Source of the DNA: Bacteroidales bacterium
GTDB lineage: Bacteria; Bacteroidota; Bacteroidia; Bacteroidales; UBA12077
Length of the DNA stretch: 64,000 nucleotides
NCBI GenBank assembly: GCA_018334675.1
Contig: JAGXLL010000004.1
Coordinates: 35,522-99,521, forward strand
Direction: 5' to 3'
Below, in pieces: positions 18,076-27,023 of this stretch. A program made the position numbers and the translations under genes. The notes under the pieces were generated by a model. It searched no databases. It was not told the DNA's origin and worked only from the letters and a program-made list of their open reading frames with translations. Numbering within the stretch: position 1 is the first letter of the stretch; every line of letters starts with the position of its first letter.

Positions 18076-21000
18076 ATGAGACATTTTTCCGTGATCTTTT
18101 TACTGGCCCTCGTGGCAGGCATTGCCCAAAGCCATGCCCAGGAGGAGACAGCCAGGCTTATGCGTTTTCCGGCCATACACGGAAACCAGATCGTTTTCTC
18201 CTATGCCGGTGATCTTTACAAGGTAGAGGCAGACGGAGGTACTGCCCGCAGGATCACTTCCCATAAAGGCTATGAGATGTTCCCGCGTTTCTCACCTGAC
18301 GGCAGCAGGATAGCCTTTACGGCTCAATATGACGGCAACACCGAGGTTTACGTCATGCCCGCCGAGGGTGGCTCACCCCAAAGGTTAACCTATACGGCTA
18401 CCCTGGGCCGTGACGATGTGGCCGACCGGATGGGGCCCAACAACATCGTGATGAACTGGACCCCCGATGGACAGCATATCATCTTCCGCACCAGGAAAAA
18501 ATCCTTCAACTCCTTCCAGGGTGACCTCTATAAAATATCGGCAGACGGTGGTGTGCCTGAACAGTTGCCTCTGCCCAAAGGGGGCTTCTGCAGCGTCTCT
18601 CCCGACGGCAACAAGCTGGCTTATAACAGGATCTTCCGTGAATTCAGGACATGGAAACATTATCGCGGTGGCATGGCCGACGAGGTATGGATCCACGACT
18701 TCAACACCCATGAAACACGGGCCATTACCGACCACCCCGGTCAGGACATCATTCCCATGTGGAAGGATAACTCCATCTATTTCGTATCCGACCGGCAGTG
18801 GAGGATGAACCTCTATCGCTATGATATGGAGTCGGAAGAAATAACCCGGCTGACCGACTTTGAGGAGTATGACGTCAAGTTTCCTTCACTGGGCAAGAAT
18901 CAGCTGGTATTCGAGAACGGAGGTTACCTCTATAAGATGAACCTGGAAAATCATGAAGCACAGCGGGTACCTGTAAAAATATCCAACGATCAGCTGGCCA
19001 GCCGCCACAGCATTGTAGATGCCTCCGAAAACATACAGGATGCAGGACTTTCTCCCAAAGGCAGGAGGATCGTTTTCAGTGCACGGGGTGATGTCTTTTC
19101 TCTACCCGCGAAAAACGGGATCACTTATAACCTGACGGAGTCTGCCGGCAGCCATGACCGCAACGCCAAATGGTCGCCCGACGGTGAGCATGTGGCATAC
19201 ATCTCCGACAAAAGCGGTGAATATGAGATCTACCTGCAGGATCAGCAGGGTGAGCAAGAGCCGGCTCGGCTTACCCACCATGGCTCCACCTACAAATACG
19301 AGCTGACCTGGTCGCCCGACAGCAAAAAGATCATGTGGAGCGATGCCGAGTTCCGCCTCAAATATATGAATGTAAACAGCCAGGAAGTCACCCTGGTCGA
19401 TACATCCCGGCGCGGAGAGATCGGCAGCTACAGCTGGTCGCCCGACAGCAAATGGATCACCTATTCCAAAGAGGCAGATAATGACATGTCGGTGGTTTGG
19501 GTCTATAATACCGACAACAGAGAGAAATTCCGTATAACAGAGGGCTGGTACAGCTCCTCGGGCGCCACTTTCTCCTCCGACGGCAAATACCTGGTATTCG
19601 GTTCCCAGCGAACTTTTGATCCCATCTACAGCTGGGTGGAATGGAACTATGCCTACAATGATATGGAGAAGATCTACCTGGTGACCCTGCAGCAATCCAC
19701 CCCCTCGCCCTTCCAACCGGAAAATGATCAGGTAACGACAGAGGAGGAGGCAAAAAATGCGGAGGAGGAAAAGAAAGAAAAGGTGACGGTTCAGATTGAC
19801 CGCGATGGCATCCACAACCGGATCATCGCCCTGCCCGTTGAGGCTTCCCGGTATGGCAACATCCGTGCCATCGGCAATAAGATCTATTACAACCAGTACG
19901 ACAACGGCAGCAAGCTGAAGGTCTTTGACCTGGAGAAAAAAGAGGAGACGACCCTGGGCGAAGGTATGCAATATACCCTTTCACCGAAAAACAATAAAAT
20001 GCTGGTCAAAAAAGGTGACCAGTATGCCGTGATCGACTTGCCATCCTCCGAAATCGACATGAAAGAGACCGTCGATCTTTCCGGAATGAAAGTACGCATC
20101 GACCGTAAGAAAGAATGGAAACAAATATTCTATGAAAGCTGGCGGCAGTTCAGGGATTTCTTCTATGTGGAGAACATGCACGGCGTCGACTGGCAAAAGA
20201 TGAAGGAACGTTACAGCGAACTGCTGCCTTACGTCAACCACAGGAATGATCTTACTTACGTGATCGGCCTGATGATCGCTGAGACCAACGTGGGCCATGC
20301 CTACATCCAGAGCGGCGAGCGCCCCGAACCCGAACGCATTAAAACAGGTTTGCTGGGTGCTGAGATCAGCCGCCATGAATCGGGTTATTTCCGCATCGAC
20401 AAGATCCTGGACGGCGCCAACTGGAGCAAAGAACTGCACTCCCCGCTTCAGGCAGTGGGTGTGGATATCGAGGAAGGCGATTACATCCTCGAGGTCAATG
20501 GCAAATCGGTGCAGGGAGCGGACGACATCCATAAGCTGCTGGTTGGCAAAGCAGAAGACGAGATAGAGCTGATGATCAACGACACCCCCGAGAAGGAAGG
20601 GGTTCATAATGAGATCGTTACCACACGTGGTGATGAGAGTGAGCTCTACTATTACAACTGGGTACAGGAAAACATCGAGACCGTCAACGAGAAGACCAAC
20701 GGCCAGGTAGGCTACATCCACATCCCCGATATGATCACCCACGGGTTGAACGAGTTTGTGGAACACTTCTATCCCCAGCTCGACAAAAAGGCCCTTATTA
20801 TTGATGACCGGGGCAATGGCGGAGGCAACGTCTCCCCGATGATCATCGAGCGTCTGAGACGAAAGATCACCCGGGCCAATATGCGGCGCAATGCCGAGGA
20901 ACCCGGCCAAACCCCGTCAAAAATGATGCGGGGCCCTATGGTCTTGCTTATTGACCACTACTCAGCTTCCGATGGTGACTTGTTCCCGTATTCCTTTAAG

Positions 21001-21315
21001 AAACATGACCTGGGAACGGTGATAGGAACCCAAACCTGGGGTGGTGTGGTAGGTATACGAGGATCTCTGCCCTTCATCGATGGCGGATCACTCCGCATTC
21101 CCCAGTTCGCCTCCTATTCGGCAGACGAAAGCAAATGGATCATCGAAGGCCATGGCGTAGATCCCGATATCACCGTCGAAAATGATCCGTGGAAAGCACA
21201 TCAGGGAGTGGACCAACAGCTGAATAAGGCCATAGAGGTCATCCTCCGGAAAATTGAGCAGGAATATGAGCCGTTGCCCGGGATTCCGGAAGCACCGGAC
21301 AAATCCAAAAATTAA
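18076..21315 (+). CDS. tricorn-protease-like S41 peptidase (beta-propellers, PDZ and a tail-specific protease domain)
   Basis: The 1079-aa product has a signal peptide and repeated PDG..IAF / SPDG WD40-like TolB-type blades. It also has a PDZ-like segment and a C-terminal IDDRGNGGG...SASDGD S41 catalytic region. Confidence 0.87.
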   Translation: MRHFSVIFLLALVAGIAQSHAQEETARLMRFPAIHGNQIVFSYAGDLYKVEADGGTARRITSHKGYEMFPRFSPDGSRIAFTAQYDGNTEVYVMPAEGGSPQRLTYTATLGRDDVADRMGPNNIVMNWTPDGQHIIFRTRKKSFNSFQGDLYKISADGGVPEQLPLPKGGFCSVSPDGNKLAYNRIFREFRTWKHYRGGMADEVWIHDFNTHETRAITDHPGQDIIPMWKDNSIYFVSDRQWRMNLYRYDMESEEITRLTDFEEYDVKFPSLGKNQLVFENGGYLYKMNLENHEAQRVPVKISNDQLASRHSIVDASENIQDAGLSPKGRRIVFSARGDVFSLPAKNGITYNLTESAGSHDRNAKWSPDGEHVAYISDKSGEYEIYLQDQQGEQEPARLTHHGSTYKYELTWSPDSKKIMWSDAEFRLKYMNVNSQEVTLVDTSRRGEIGSYSWSPDSKWITYSKEADNDMSVVWVYNTDNREKFRITEGWYSSSGATFSSDGKYLVFGSQRTFDPIYSWVEWNYAYNDMEKIYLVTLQQSTPSPFQPENDQVTTEEEAKNAEEEKKEKVTVQIDRDGIHNRIIALPVEASRYGNIRAIGNKIYYNQYDNGSKLKVFDLEKKEETTLGEGMQYTLSPKNNKMLVKKGDQYAVIDLPSSEIDMKETVDLSGMKVRIDRKKEWKQIFYESWRQFRDFFYVENMHGVDWQKMKERYSELLPYVNHRNDLTYVIGLMIAETNVGHAYIQSGERPEPERIKTGLLGAEISRHESGYFRIDKILDGANWSKELHSPLQAVGVDIEEGDYILEVNGKSVQGADDIHKLLVGKAEDEIELMINDTPEKEGVHNEIVTTRGDESELYYYNWVQENIETVNEKTNGQVGYIHIPDMITHGLNEFVEHFYPQLDKKALIIDDRGNGGGNVSPMIIERLRRKITRANMRRNAEEPGQTPSKMMRGPMVLLIDHYSASDGDLFPYSFKKHDLGTVIGTQTWGGVVGIRGSLPFIDGGSLRIPQFASYSADESKWIIEGHGVDPDITVENDPWKAHQGVDQQLNKAIEVILRKIEQEYEPLPGIPEAPDKSKN

Positions 21316-21348
21316 TTGTTGAATGTTAGAATGTAACGTTCAACAATT
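21314..21348. terminator. AT-rich hairpin between convergent genes (candidate bidirectional terminator)
   Basis: AATTGTTGAA (21314-21323) and TTCAACAATT (21339-21348) form a perfect 10-bp stem with a 15-nt loop. It lies in the 35-bp gap between the convergent stops at 21315 and 21351. Confidence 0.4.
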
Positions 21349-21350
21349 AT

Positions 21351-23396
21351 CTAGACTTGCACATCCAGCGCATCGCGGTAAACGATCTCCTGTTCAGGAT
21401 AAATCACTACGATGTTGTTGTTTTGGAAGTACTGCGCAAGCTTCTGGGGTACATGCTTCAGCTCTTTATGGTAGGAAAGGGTATTCCTGCGGGCTTTGAC
21501 CACCACCAGGAGGTCATTGGTACGGATCTGTCCGGAGATGGTCTCAAGGATTTGGCCACATTCGATCTGCTGAAAATCTGTCTCCTGGGATGCATCCCGT
21601 TCATCAATAATGCCTTGTATCTTCTGATAGGTGTCGGCATGACCCCAGAAAACCACTGAACTGGTTGTTTGCCGGCTCACATCCAGGATGTCGTCGACCC
21701 AGTCGCGAAAACCTACTTCGTATTCTACTGCAGGCGGCAGCATTACATGAATCCGATCGACCAGGTTCAACGGAGTAAGCAGCTTTACCACATAAACAGC
21801 TTTGCCCGTTCTCAGCAACAGGTTCTCCAAAAGGGTGCCAAAAAAGAAGTCTACCGTAGACATCCGCCCATGCCATCCCATCACCAGCTTGTTGATATGG
21901 AGCTCCTTGATGCTTCGGGCCAGGCCGTCGGCTACGTTGGTATCCACCCGCGAGATGATCTGTGCCATATTACCGGTAGCCGTGGCATGTTCCTGGGCTT
22001 TCTCCAGCAACCGGCTATAGTACATCACATTCTCTGTAGCCTGCTCATCATCGGGGACGATGGTGATTGGAAAAAGAGGCTCTTCCGACTGCCGGTCCTT
22101 CACCATCAAGGCAAAAGACAACAGCTGAACGATCGTATCCGGATTGGATACGGGTATGAGGATGCGCTCCTCGACAGCCCCACGACCGGGTACCTGCACC
22201 TCCCGGCTGTAAGCAATCTTCTTGCCCGCCTGTTCGGTAACCAAACTGCTAATCAAACAGGTGAAAAGCACCAGGAGTATCGTGGCATTCATCACCGTTT
22301 CATGAACAATGCCCATATTGAAACCCACAATGATGATGGCAATAGCCGAGGCAGCCCGTGCATTGGATAGTCCAAATAGCAGATGCCGCTCCGCAACAGT
22401 ATAATGAAAAAACTTCTGTGTAAGATAGGCGGCCAGATACTTACTGATCACTGCCAGGGCCAGCAATATACCGATTACCCATAGTATCTCGTGGCTCTGG
22501 AAAAGGATGGAAAAATCCACCAACATCCCTACACTGATCAGGAAGAAAGGGATGAACAAAGTGTGGCCGATGAACATGATGCGGTTCATTAAAGGCGAGT
22601 TGTGCGGAATGAGCCGGTTTAGTGCCAATCCGGCAAAAAAGGCTCCAATGATGGGCTCTATATGAGCAAATTCAGCCACTACCGCTGATATGAAAACCAC
22701 GGTCAAAACAAACACATATTCAAGGCTGCTTTGTCCGTCATAATTTCTGAAAAACCACCGGCTGAGACGAGGAAACACCCAATTGACAATAAAAACAAAG
22801 ACAGAGAAATACAACACAAATTGCACCCAAAACATCAGGTTGATCTCACCCTGCGTGGACTCAGCAATAACAGCCAGGATAAGCAGGGCTATGGTGTCGG
22901 TGATGATTGTCCCCCCGATGCCTACATTGACTACCCGGTTGCGCGAAATACCCAGGCTGCTGACAATAGGATAAGATACCAGGGTATGGGTGGCGATCAT
23001 GGCACTGATCAAAAGAGAAGCCATCCAGGAAAAATCCAAAATAAAATGAGCCGCCACCAAAGTGAAGGTGAAGGGCAGGGAGAAAGTCAACAGACCGAAA
23101 GTAATGCTCTTCTCTTTATTCTTGCGGAAATCCTTGAGATCAATCTCCAGCCCTGCCAAAAACATAAGATAAAGCAAACCAATGGTGCCAAAAATAGAAA
23201 ATTCCAGATCCTCCGACAACAGATTGAGTCCATGCGGACCTACCACCACACCAGCCAAAATCAACCCGATGATCTCAGGCATTCGCAATTTCTGGAATAG
23301 AGGAGGTGCCACCAAAATGATCACCAGCACCAGGGCAAATATCAGTACCGGCTCCTCCAAAGGAAAGGTGATCTTAAGCAAGGGAAAAACGGACAT
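21351..23396 (-). CDS. cation:proton antiporter (CPA2/Kef-type Na+/H+ exchanger domain) with a long cytoplasmic C-terminal domain
   Basis: The 681-aa product has about 12 TM helices with GLILAGVVVGP and LLYLMFLAGLE motifs. It carries a ~270-aa soluble C-terminus. Confidence 0.83.
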   Translation of the reverse strand: MSVFPLLKITFPLEEPVLIFALVLVIILVAPPLFQKLRMPEIIGLILAGVVVGPHGLNLLSEDLEFSIFGTIGLLYLMFLAGLEIDLKDFRKNKEKSITFGLLTFSLPFTFTLVAAHFILDFSWMASLLISAMIATHTLVSYPIVSSLGISRNRVVNVGIGGTIITDTIALLILAVIAESTQGEINLMFWVQFVLYFSVFVFIVNWVFPRLSRWFFRNYDGQSSLEYVFVLTVVFISAVVAEFAHIEPIIGAFFAGLALNRLIPHNSPLMNRIMFIGHTLFIPFFLISVGMLVDFSILFQSHEILWVIGILLALAVISKYLAAYLTQKFFHYTVAERHLLFGLSNARAASAIAIIIVGFNMGIVHETVMNATILLVLFTCLISSLVTEQAGKKIAYSREVQVPGRGAVEERILIPVSNPDTIVQLLSFALMVKDRQSEEPLFPITIVPDDEQATENVMYYSRLLEKAQEHATATGNMAQIISRVDTNVADGLARSIKELHINKLVMGWHGRMSTVDFFFGTLLENLLLRTGKAVYVVKLLTPLNLVDRIHVMLPPAVEYEVGFRDWVDDILDVSRQTTSSVVFWGHADTYQKIQGIIDERDASQETDFQQIECGQILETISGQIRTNDLLVVVKARRNTLSYHKELKHVPQKLAQYFQNNNIVVIYPEQEIVYRDALDVQV

Positions 23397-23803
23397 ATGC
23401 AGATTCCTTTATCTGGTTATCATTATTGATCAAGCGGTGATTGCATACTCTAAGCAGGACCCCACCGCAAAGTCGGAAAACCGTATATCCCATTAACAGA
23501 AAACGGGAAAAAAGGTTTATCCGATTCATAAGCCCCGCCCATATCCATCAAAGCCCAAATTATAGAATCTTCAGCAGGAAATCATAAATTGTTCATAAAT
23601 CATCCCTGTCTTGTTGAAAACCGGGATGATTCCCTCACTTATCAGGCATTGCCGCGATGTTTGGCAAGTATTGCCATAAAACCCCAACTCCCCATAGAAA
23701 GGTTATATTGCACATGAAATACTGTTTTCAGACATGCATGCCATCGTCTTTTATATTGACAAAATATCTTGATTCAAGTACCAGAATTTCATAACTTGTT
23801 GGC

Positions 23804-24124
23804 ATGAAAGCCATCGAAACATACAGGAAAAATATCAAAAAACTCTGCAAAACTTATCATGTCGATGTACTTTTTATCTTTGATGCGGCTCTTCTTAATG
23901 AATCAAAACCATGCCAATGCGGTTTTATCGTACGGTTTGCTCCAATGGCCCCGGAAGAGTACGGGGACAACTATTATGCCCTGAAAAACGAATTGAAGAA
24001 AATGATGGGATGTGAACTCGAACTCATTGAGGAAAAAGCTCTAAAGAATCCATTCATGAAGAAAATTGTTGATGCTTCCAAAACAACCTTATATGGACGA
24101 CAAGACGAGGGCATGGCTGTATGA
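23804..24124 (+). CDS. MNT-like (minimal nucleotidyltransferase) protein, catalytic motifs apparently lost
   Basis: Its size, position and C-terminus (ELELIEEKALKNPFMKKIV) match MNT partners of DUF86/HEPN proteins. Where G-S and D-x-D are expected, the sequence reads FIFDAALLNESKPCQCGFIVRF. Confidence 0.55.
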   Translation: MKAIETYRKNIKKLCKTYHVDVLFIFDAALLNESKPCQCGFIVRFAPMAPEEYGDNYYALKNELKKMMGCELELIEEKALKNPFMKKIVDASKTTLYGRQDEGMAV

Positions 24125-24440
24125 AATACTTAAGGCCATTCAGGAGATAGAGAGTTATTTCGATGAACATGAAAAGAATCTGCAGCATTTTACCGGTCAG
24201 GTGATTAAGAAACGTGCTGTGGAACGCAATCTGGAAATTATCGGCAATTTCCTGGCCAAAGTCGCTGCCCATATACCGGAGTTGAAACTCTCCAACGTAA
24301 ATAAAATCACCGATACAAGCAACCGGCTCATGAAAGGCGATGTCCAGGTCTCCGAAGATCTGATATGGGATATCCTGGCCAATGACCTGCCTCGCTTGCG
24401 GGAGGAGATCCATCTGATGATCATTCAGGCCAGCCATTGA
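24093..24440 (+). CDS. HEPN/DUF86 (HepT-like) protein, R-x4-H motif apparently replaced
   Basis: AVERNLEIIGN and a C-terminal SEDLIWDIL..DLPRLREEI are typical of DUF86. The expected (M)RNxLxHxY reads TSNRLMKGD. The probable start MDDKTRAWLYEIL overlaps the MNT gene by 32 nt. Confidence 0.65.
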   Translation: MDDKTRAWLYEILKAIQEIESYFDEHEKNLQHFTGQVIKKRAVERNLEIIGNFLAKVAAHIPELKLSNVNKITDTSNRLMKGDVQVSEDLIWDILANDLPRLREEIHLMIIQASH

Positions 24441-24507
24441 GAAGATTTGTGAAGACAATCCCCTCGAAAGATCTGCCTTGATATACCAACCCGTTGATCC
24501 TCTTATG

Positions 24508-24538
24508 TCAAGATCCCGTCTATTTCAAGATCCCGTCT
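24508..24538 (+). repeat. two direct copies of TCAAGATCCCGTCT with 17-bp phasing
   Basis: Read directly from the sequence: copies at 24508-24521 and 24525-24538 are separated by ATT. They lie about 45 bp upstream of a promoter-like box. Confidence 0.75.
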
Positions 24539-24584
24539 TTGTCATATATGCTCTCTGTTCCAATGTCCAACATTGCGCCGGGCA

Positions 24585-24614
24585 TTGGAATTTAATTATA
24601 ATTATGTATATTTG
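24585..24614 (+). promoter_or_regulatory. Bacteroidota-type promoter candidate, TTG-N19-TATATTTG
   Basis: The sequence matches the TTTG/TAnnTTTG (-33/-7) consensus described for Bacteroides sigma-A-like promoters. It lies 145 nt upstream of the 24759 gene. Confidence 0.45.
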
Positions 24615-24671
24615 TACATATTTATATATTGGAATAAAAATTGCAGAATATTCATAAACCGATCTGAAAAT

Positions 24672-24731
24672 CAACCGTTCATGAATAAATAATCATTATC
24701 TCACACATAAACATGATTATTGGTTCCATGG
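24672..24731 (-). repeat. hairpin repeat family, copy D (reverse orientation)
   Basis: Its reverse complement CATGGAACCAATAATCATGTTTATGTGTGAGATAATGATTATTTATTCATGAACGG matches copy B at about 43 of 49 core positions. The arms are AATAATCAT/ATGATTATT. Confidence 0.75.
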
Positions 24732-24758
24732 GGCCGTTGAAAATTAAAGAATAAACAC

Positions 24759-25001
24759 ATGAAAAATTGGATGGAGAAGAATAAATTCGCCCTTATCGTG
24801 CTAATACCCGGAGCCATAGGGGGTTACATGTACTGGTACTTTATCGGGTGCACGACAGGCTCCTGTCCGATCACCTCTAATCCCTTTGGTTCCATCATAT
24901 ATGGCATAATCCTGGGATTCTTACTGGGCAATTTCATAGATGAGAGAAGGCAAAAAAAATCCAAACCATCGCAGCCATCCCAACAAAATTCATCCACCTG
25001 A
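24759..25001 (+). CDS. small two-TM membrane protein with a C-x4-C motif (DUF6132-like)
   Basis: The 80-aa product has two hydrophobic helices flanking GCTTGSCPIT and a basic, Q/S-rich tail. The family name is recalled only. Confidence 0.55.
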   Translation: MKNWMEKNKFALIVLIPGAIGGYMYWYFIGCTTGSCPITSNPFGSIIYGIILGFLLGNFIDERRQKKSKPSQPSQQNSST

Positions 25002-25101
25002 TCACCTGTTTCGACTGTCAGCAGTATGACAGGCCGGATTGAACAAACTTTTCATGCAAGTGTTTAGCAATGACATAAAACAGTAAAACCTCTAAAGTTC
25101 G

Positions 25102-25647
25102 ATGCATATGAAAAAACTAGCATTCATAACCCTACTGGCGCTGGCAGGCATCACCCTGCAGGCATGTCAGGGAACCGGTGCCTCAGAGAAAGACAATGAC
25201 AAAACAACACAACAGCAGGCTTCGGCTCAGAACCCAACCCAGACGCAGCAAACCTCCGATGATGAGGGAGAAAAGGCCGCTATCCAATTGAACAAAGAAA
25301 CCTTCAAACAGAAGGTGGTGGACTATGAAAACGAAGATACCTGGAACTTCAAAGGAGATAAGCCCTGTCTGGTAGACTTCTATGCTGACTGGTGCGCACC
25401 CTGCCGCATCACATCCCCCATATTGGAGGATCTGGCAAAAGAATACAAGGATCAGATCCATGTATACAAAGTGGATGTGGATAAATACCAGGAACTGGCG
25501 GCAGCCTTTGGTGTGCGCGGAATTCCCTCATTCCTCTACTGCCCCTCCGAAGGCAAGCCTACCATGAGCTCAGGAATAGGGGGAACGCGGGAAGAAACAA
25601 AAAAGATGTTCCGCCAGAACATCGAAAAATATCTTTTGAACAATTAG
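25102..25647 (+). CDS. lipoprotein thioredoxin
   Basis: The product has a lipobox (LQAC), a Q/T/E-rich linker, then a thioredoxin domain with WCAPC and GIPSF motifs. Confidence 0.87.
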   Translation: MHMKKLAFITLLALAGITLQACQGTGASEKDNDKTTQQQASAQNPTQTQQTSDDEGEKAAIQLNKETFKQKVVDYENEDTWNFKGDKPCLVDFYADWCAPCRITSPILEDLAKEYKDQIHVYKVDVDKYQELAAAFGVRGIPSFLYCPSEGKPTMSSGIGGTREETKKMFRQNIEKYLLNN

Positions 25648-25713
25648 ACCCTTTCACCGGTTCTCAATGGCATATTGACACCCATTTATTTCACTGTTAG
25701 AGCTGTAGTTTAA

Positions 25714-25750
25714 AAAGGCTGGCCTTCGGGGCCAGCCTTTTCCGTTTTAT
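25714..25750 (+). terminator. rho-independent terminator (A-tract upstream, so potentially bidirectional)
   Basis: GGCTGGCC (25717-25724) pairs perfectly with GGCCAGCC (25730-25737). The hairpin is followed by TTTTCCGTTTTATTTT. Confidence 0.8.
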
Positions 25751-26127
25751 TTTCCCTGCCAGCGCGATCCTGCCACGATGGTTCTTCGCCCACCTCTGCA
25801 TAAAAGGTTCAGATGTGGGGATAAACAAATCATCATGCCCCCCTGCGGCTCGCCCTTTGATAGCATATCTCTGGCCGCTACCAGACTTTTCAATGCATCT
25901 CATGAGATCCCATGATACCATCGGTCGCATCTAAATGACAGACGGTCGGCTCATAGTACATAATACCTTGTAAATCAATTTATTACATGTATTCCAAATT
26001 AATCCAATACATAACCAGATTCATTGTTTTTATGGGGTGGTTCATCAAATAAAACCCGCATTTGGCAGGCATTTCTAAAACCTGCCCGTCTTCCTGCCGT
26101 ACCCTTGGACAGAATAAAATTTGGATT

Positions 26128-26628
26128 ATGCACCTTCGCAAAACCCTTTTATGGACCATCCCGATCTTTTCTGCCCTGCTACTTATTCAGAGCAATACGG
26201 GCGATCCCGCTCCCACTCTCAAACTTGACCATCAAACATTGCAGAATCATACCTGGATACGGGTGGATGATCATGCTCAAAACGCAAGCAAAGGCCATCA
26301 AACACGCAAAATTGTCTTTACCCGCCAGGGAAAATTTGAGATCAGGGAGACATTCAAATTTTCGGGAAGTACATTCAAAAATCCCGGAATATACACCCTT
26401 CACGACAGCATCATTTCGCTGAAAACATTTGACGAAAAAATACAAATTGGCCAAATACGTTTGCGCAAAGGAAATCAGCTTCGGATTGAATGGATGGATC
26501 CAAAGACCCTGCATGGAAAGGGTGTTGAAATTTACAGAGCAGATGACACCTCCAACCCCCTCAGGCAAAAAACTTTCACTTCAAGAGTTTTTCAGGTCTT
26601 CCATATGAAACTTACCATGGCAAAATAA
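26128..26628 (+). CDS. hypothetical secreted protein
   Basis: The probable start is MHLRKTLLWTIPIFSALLLIQS (signal peptide). The remainder looks beta-rich, and I recognise no motifs. The last about 9 codons and the stop lie inside hairpin repeat copy A. Confidence 0.45.
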   Translation: MHLRKTLLWTIPIFSALLLIQSNTGDPAPTLKLDHQTLQNHTWIRVDDHAQNASKGHQTRKIVFTRQGKFEIRETFKFSGSTFKNPGIYTLHDSIISLKTFDEKIQIGQIRLRKGNQLRIEWMDPKTLHGKGVEIYRADDTSNPLRQKTFTSRVFQVFHMKLTMAK

Positions 26629-26673
26629 TCATTAATATCACAACAGGAGATGATAATTTTGTCATGGTAAGTT
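26601..26673 (+). repeat. hairpin repeat family, copy A (24-bp stem)
   Basis: The arms AACTTACCATGGCAAAATAATCAT (26609-26632) and ATGATAATTTTGTCATGGTAAGTT (26650-26673) pair over 24 bp with 1 mismatch and 1 G.T. The 5' part CATATGAAACTTACCATGGCAAAATAATCAT closely matches copy B. Confidence 0.8.
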
Positions 26674-26708
26674 GCACAAGGCCAAAACAATAAATAAAAA
26701 ATAATCTT

Positions 26709-26769
26709 GTGAAACCCGCATGCACGAACTTACACAACAAGGACATGAATAAACATGCGGGTTCCATGG
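26709..26769 (-). repeat. hairpin repeat family, copy E (reverse orientation)
   Basis: The arms are AACCCGCATG (26713-26722) and CATGCGGGTT (26754-26763). Its reverse complement shares an identical 17-nt core, CATGTCCTTGTTGTGTA, with copy C. Confidence 0.8.
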
Positions 26770-27023
26770 CAGAGGGTTCCTCAAAACTCAAATGAAGGCA
26801 GTACTAATTAATTCAAATACAGAACGTTAATAAAATTTTATACGAATGAATTGATCTTCCTGTAAGAGAATCCCCCCGCAACTTTCTCCCTGCCCTATCT
26901 GAAGGCCGGGCCTTATTGAATCCGGGCCGGTGAATGAACAAATCCCTGTGATCATTGTGCTATGCTATTTCCTTGATTGTTGTGTTAAATCCATACCTTT
27001 GCACCGGAAGCAAAAAAAAGTAT

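Noticed and set aside
19102-20910. Antisense ORFs 19102..19971 and 19981..20910 inside the tricorn-like gene
   Set aside because: The + strand encodes a continuous 1079-aa protein with propeller, PDZ and S41 motifs. The antisense frames are compositionally odd (V/G/D/A-rich) shadows.
23397-23803. A 407-nt gene-free stretch upstream of the antiporter and MNT genes, checked for tRNA, sRNA or a mobile-element end
   Set aside because: By eye there is no cloverleaf-compatible sequence, no inverted terminal repeats and no integrase nearby. There is only an 8-bp hairpin (ATCATCCC/GGGATGAT) of uncertain meaning. This is insufficient evidence to call a feature.
25697-25930. 77-aa minus-strand ORF downstream of the thioredoxin gene
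   Set aside because: It starts in gene-free DNA, ends inside the thioredoxin terminator hairpin, and has an Arg/Gly/Ala-rich featureless sequence. It is probably non-coding.
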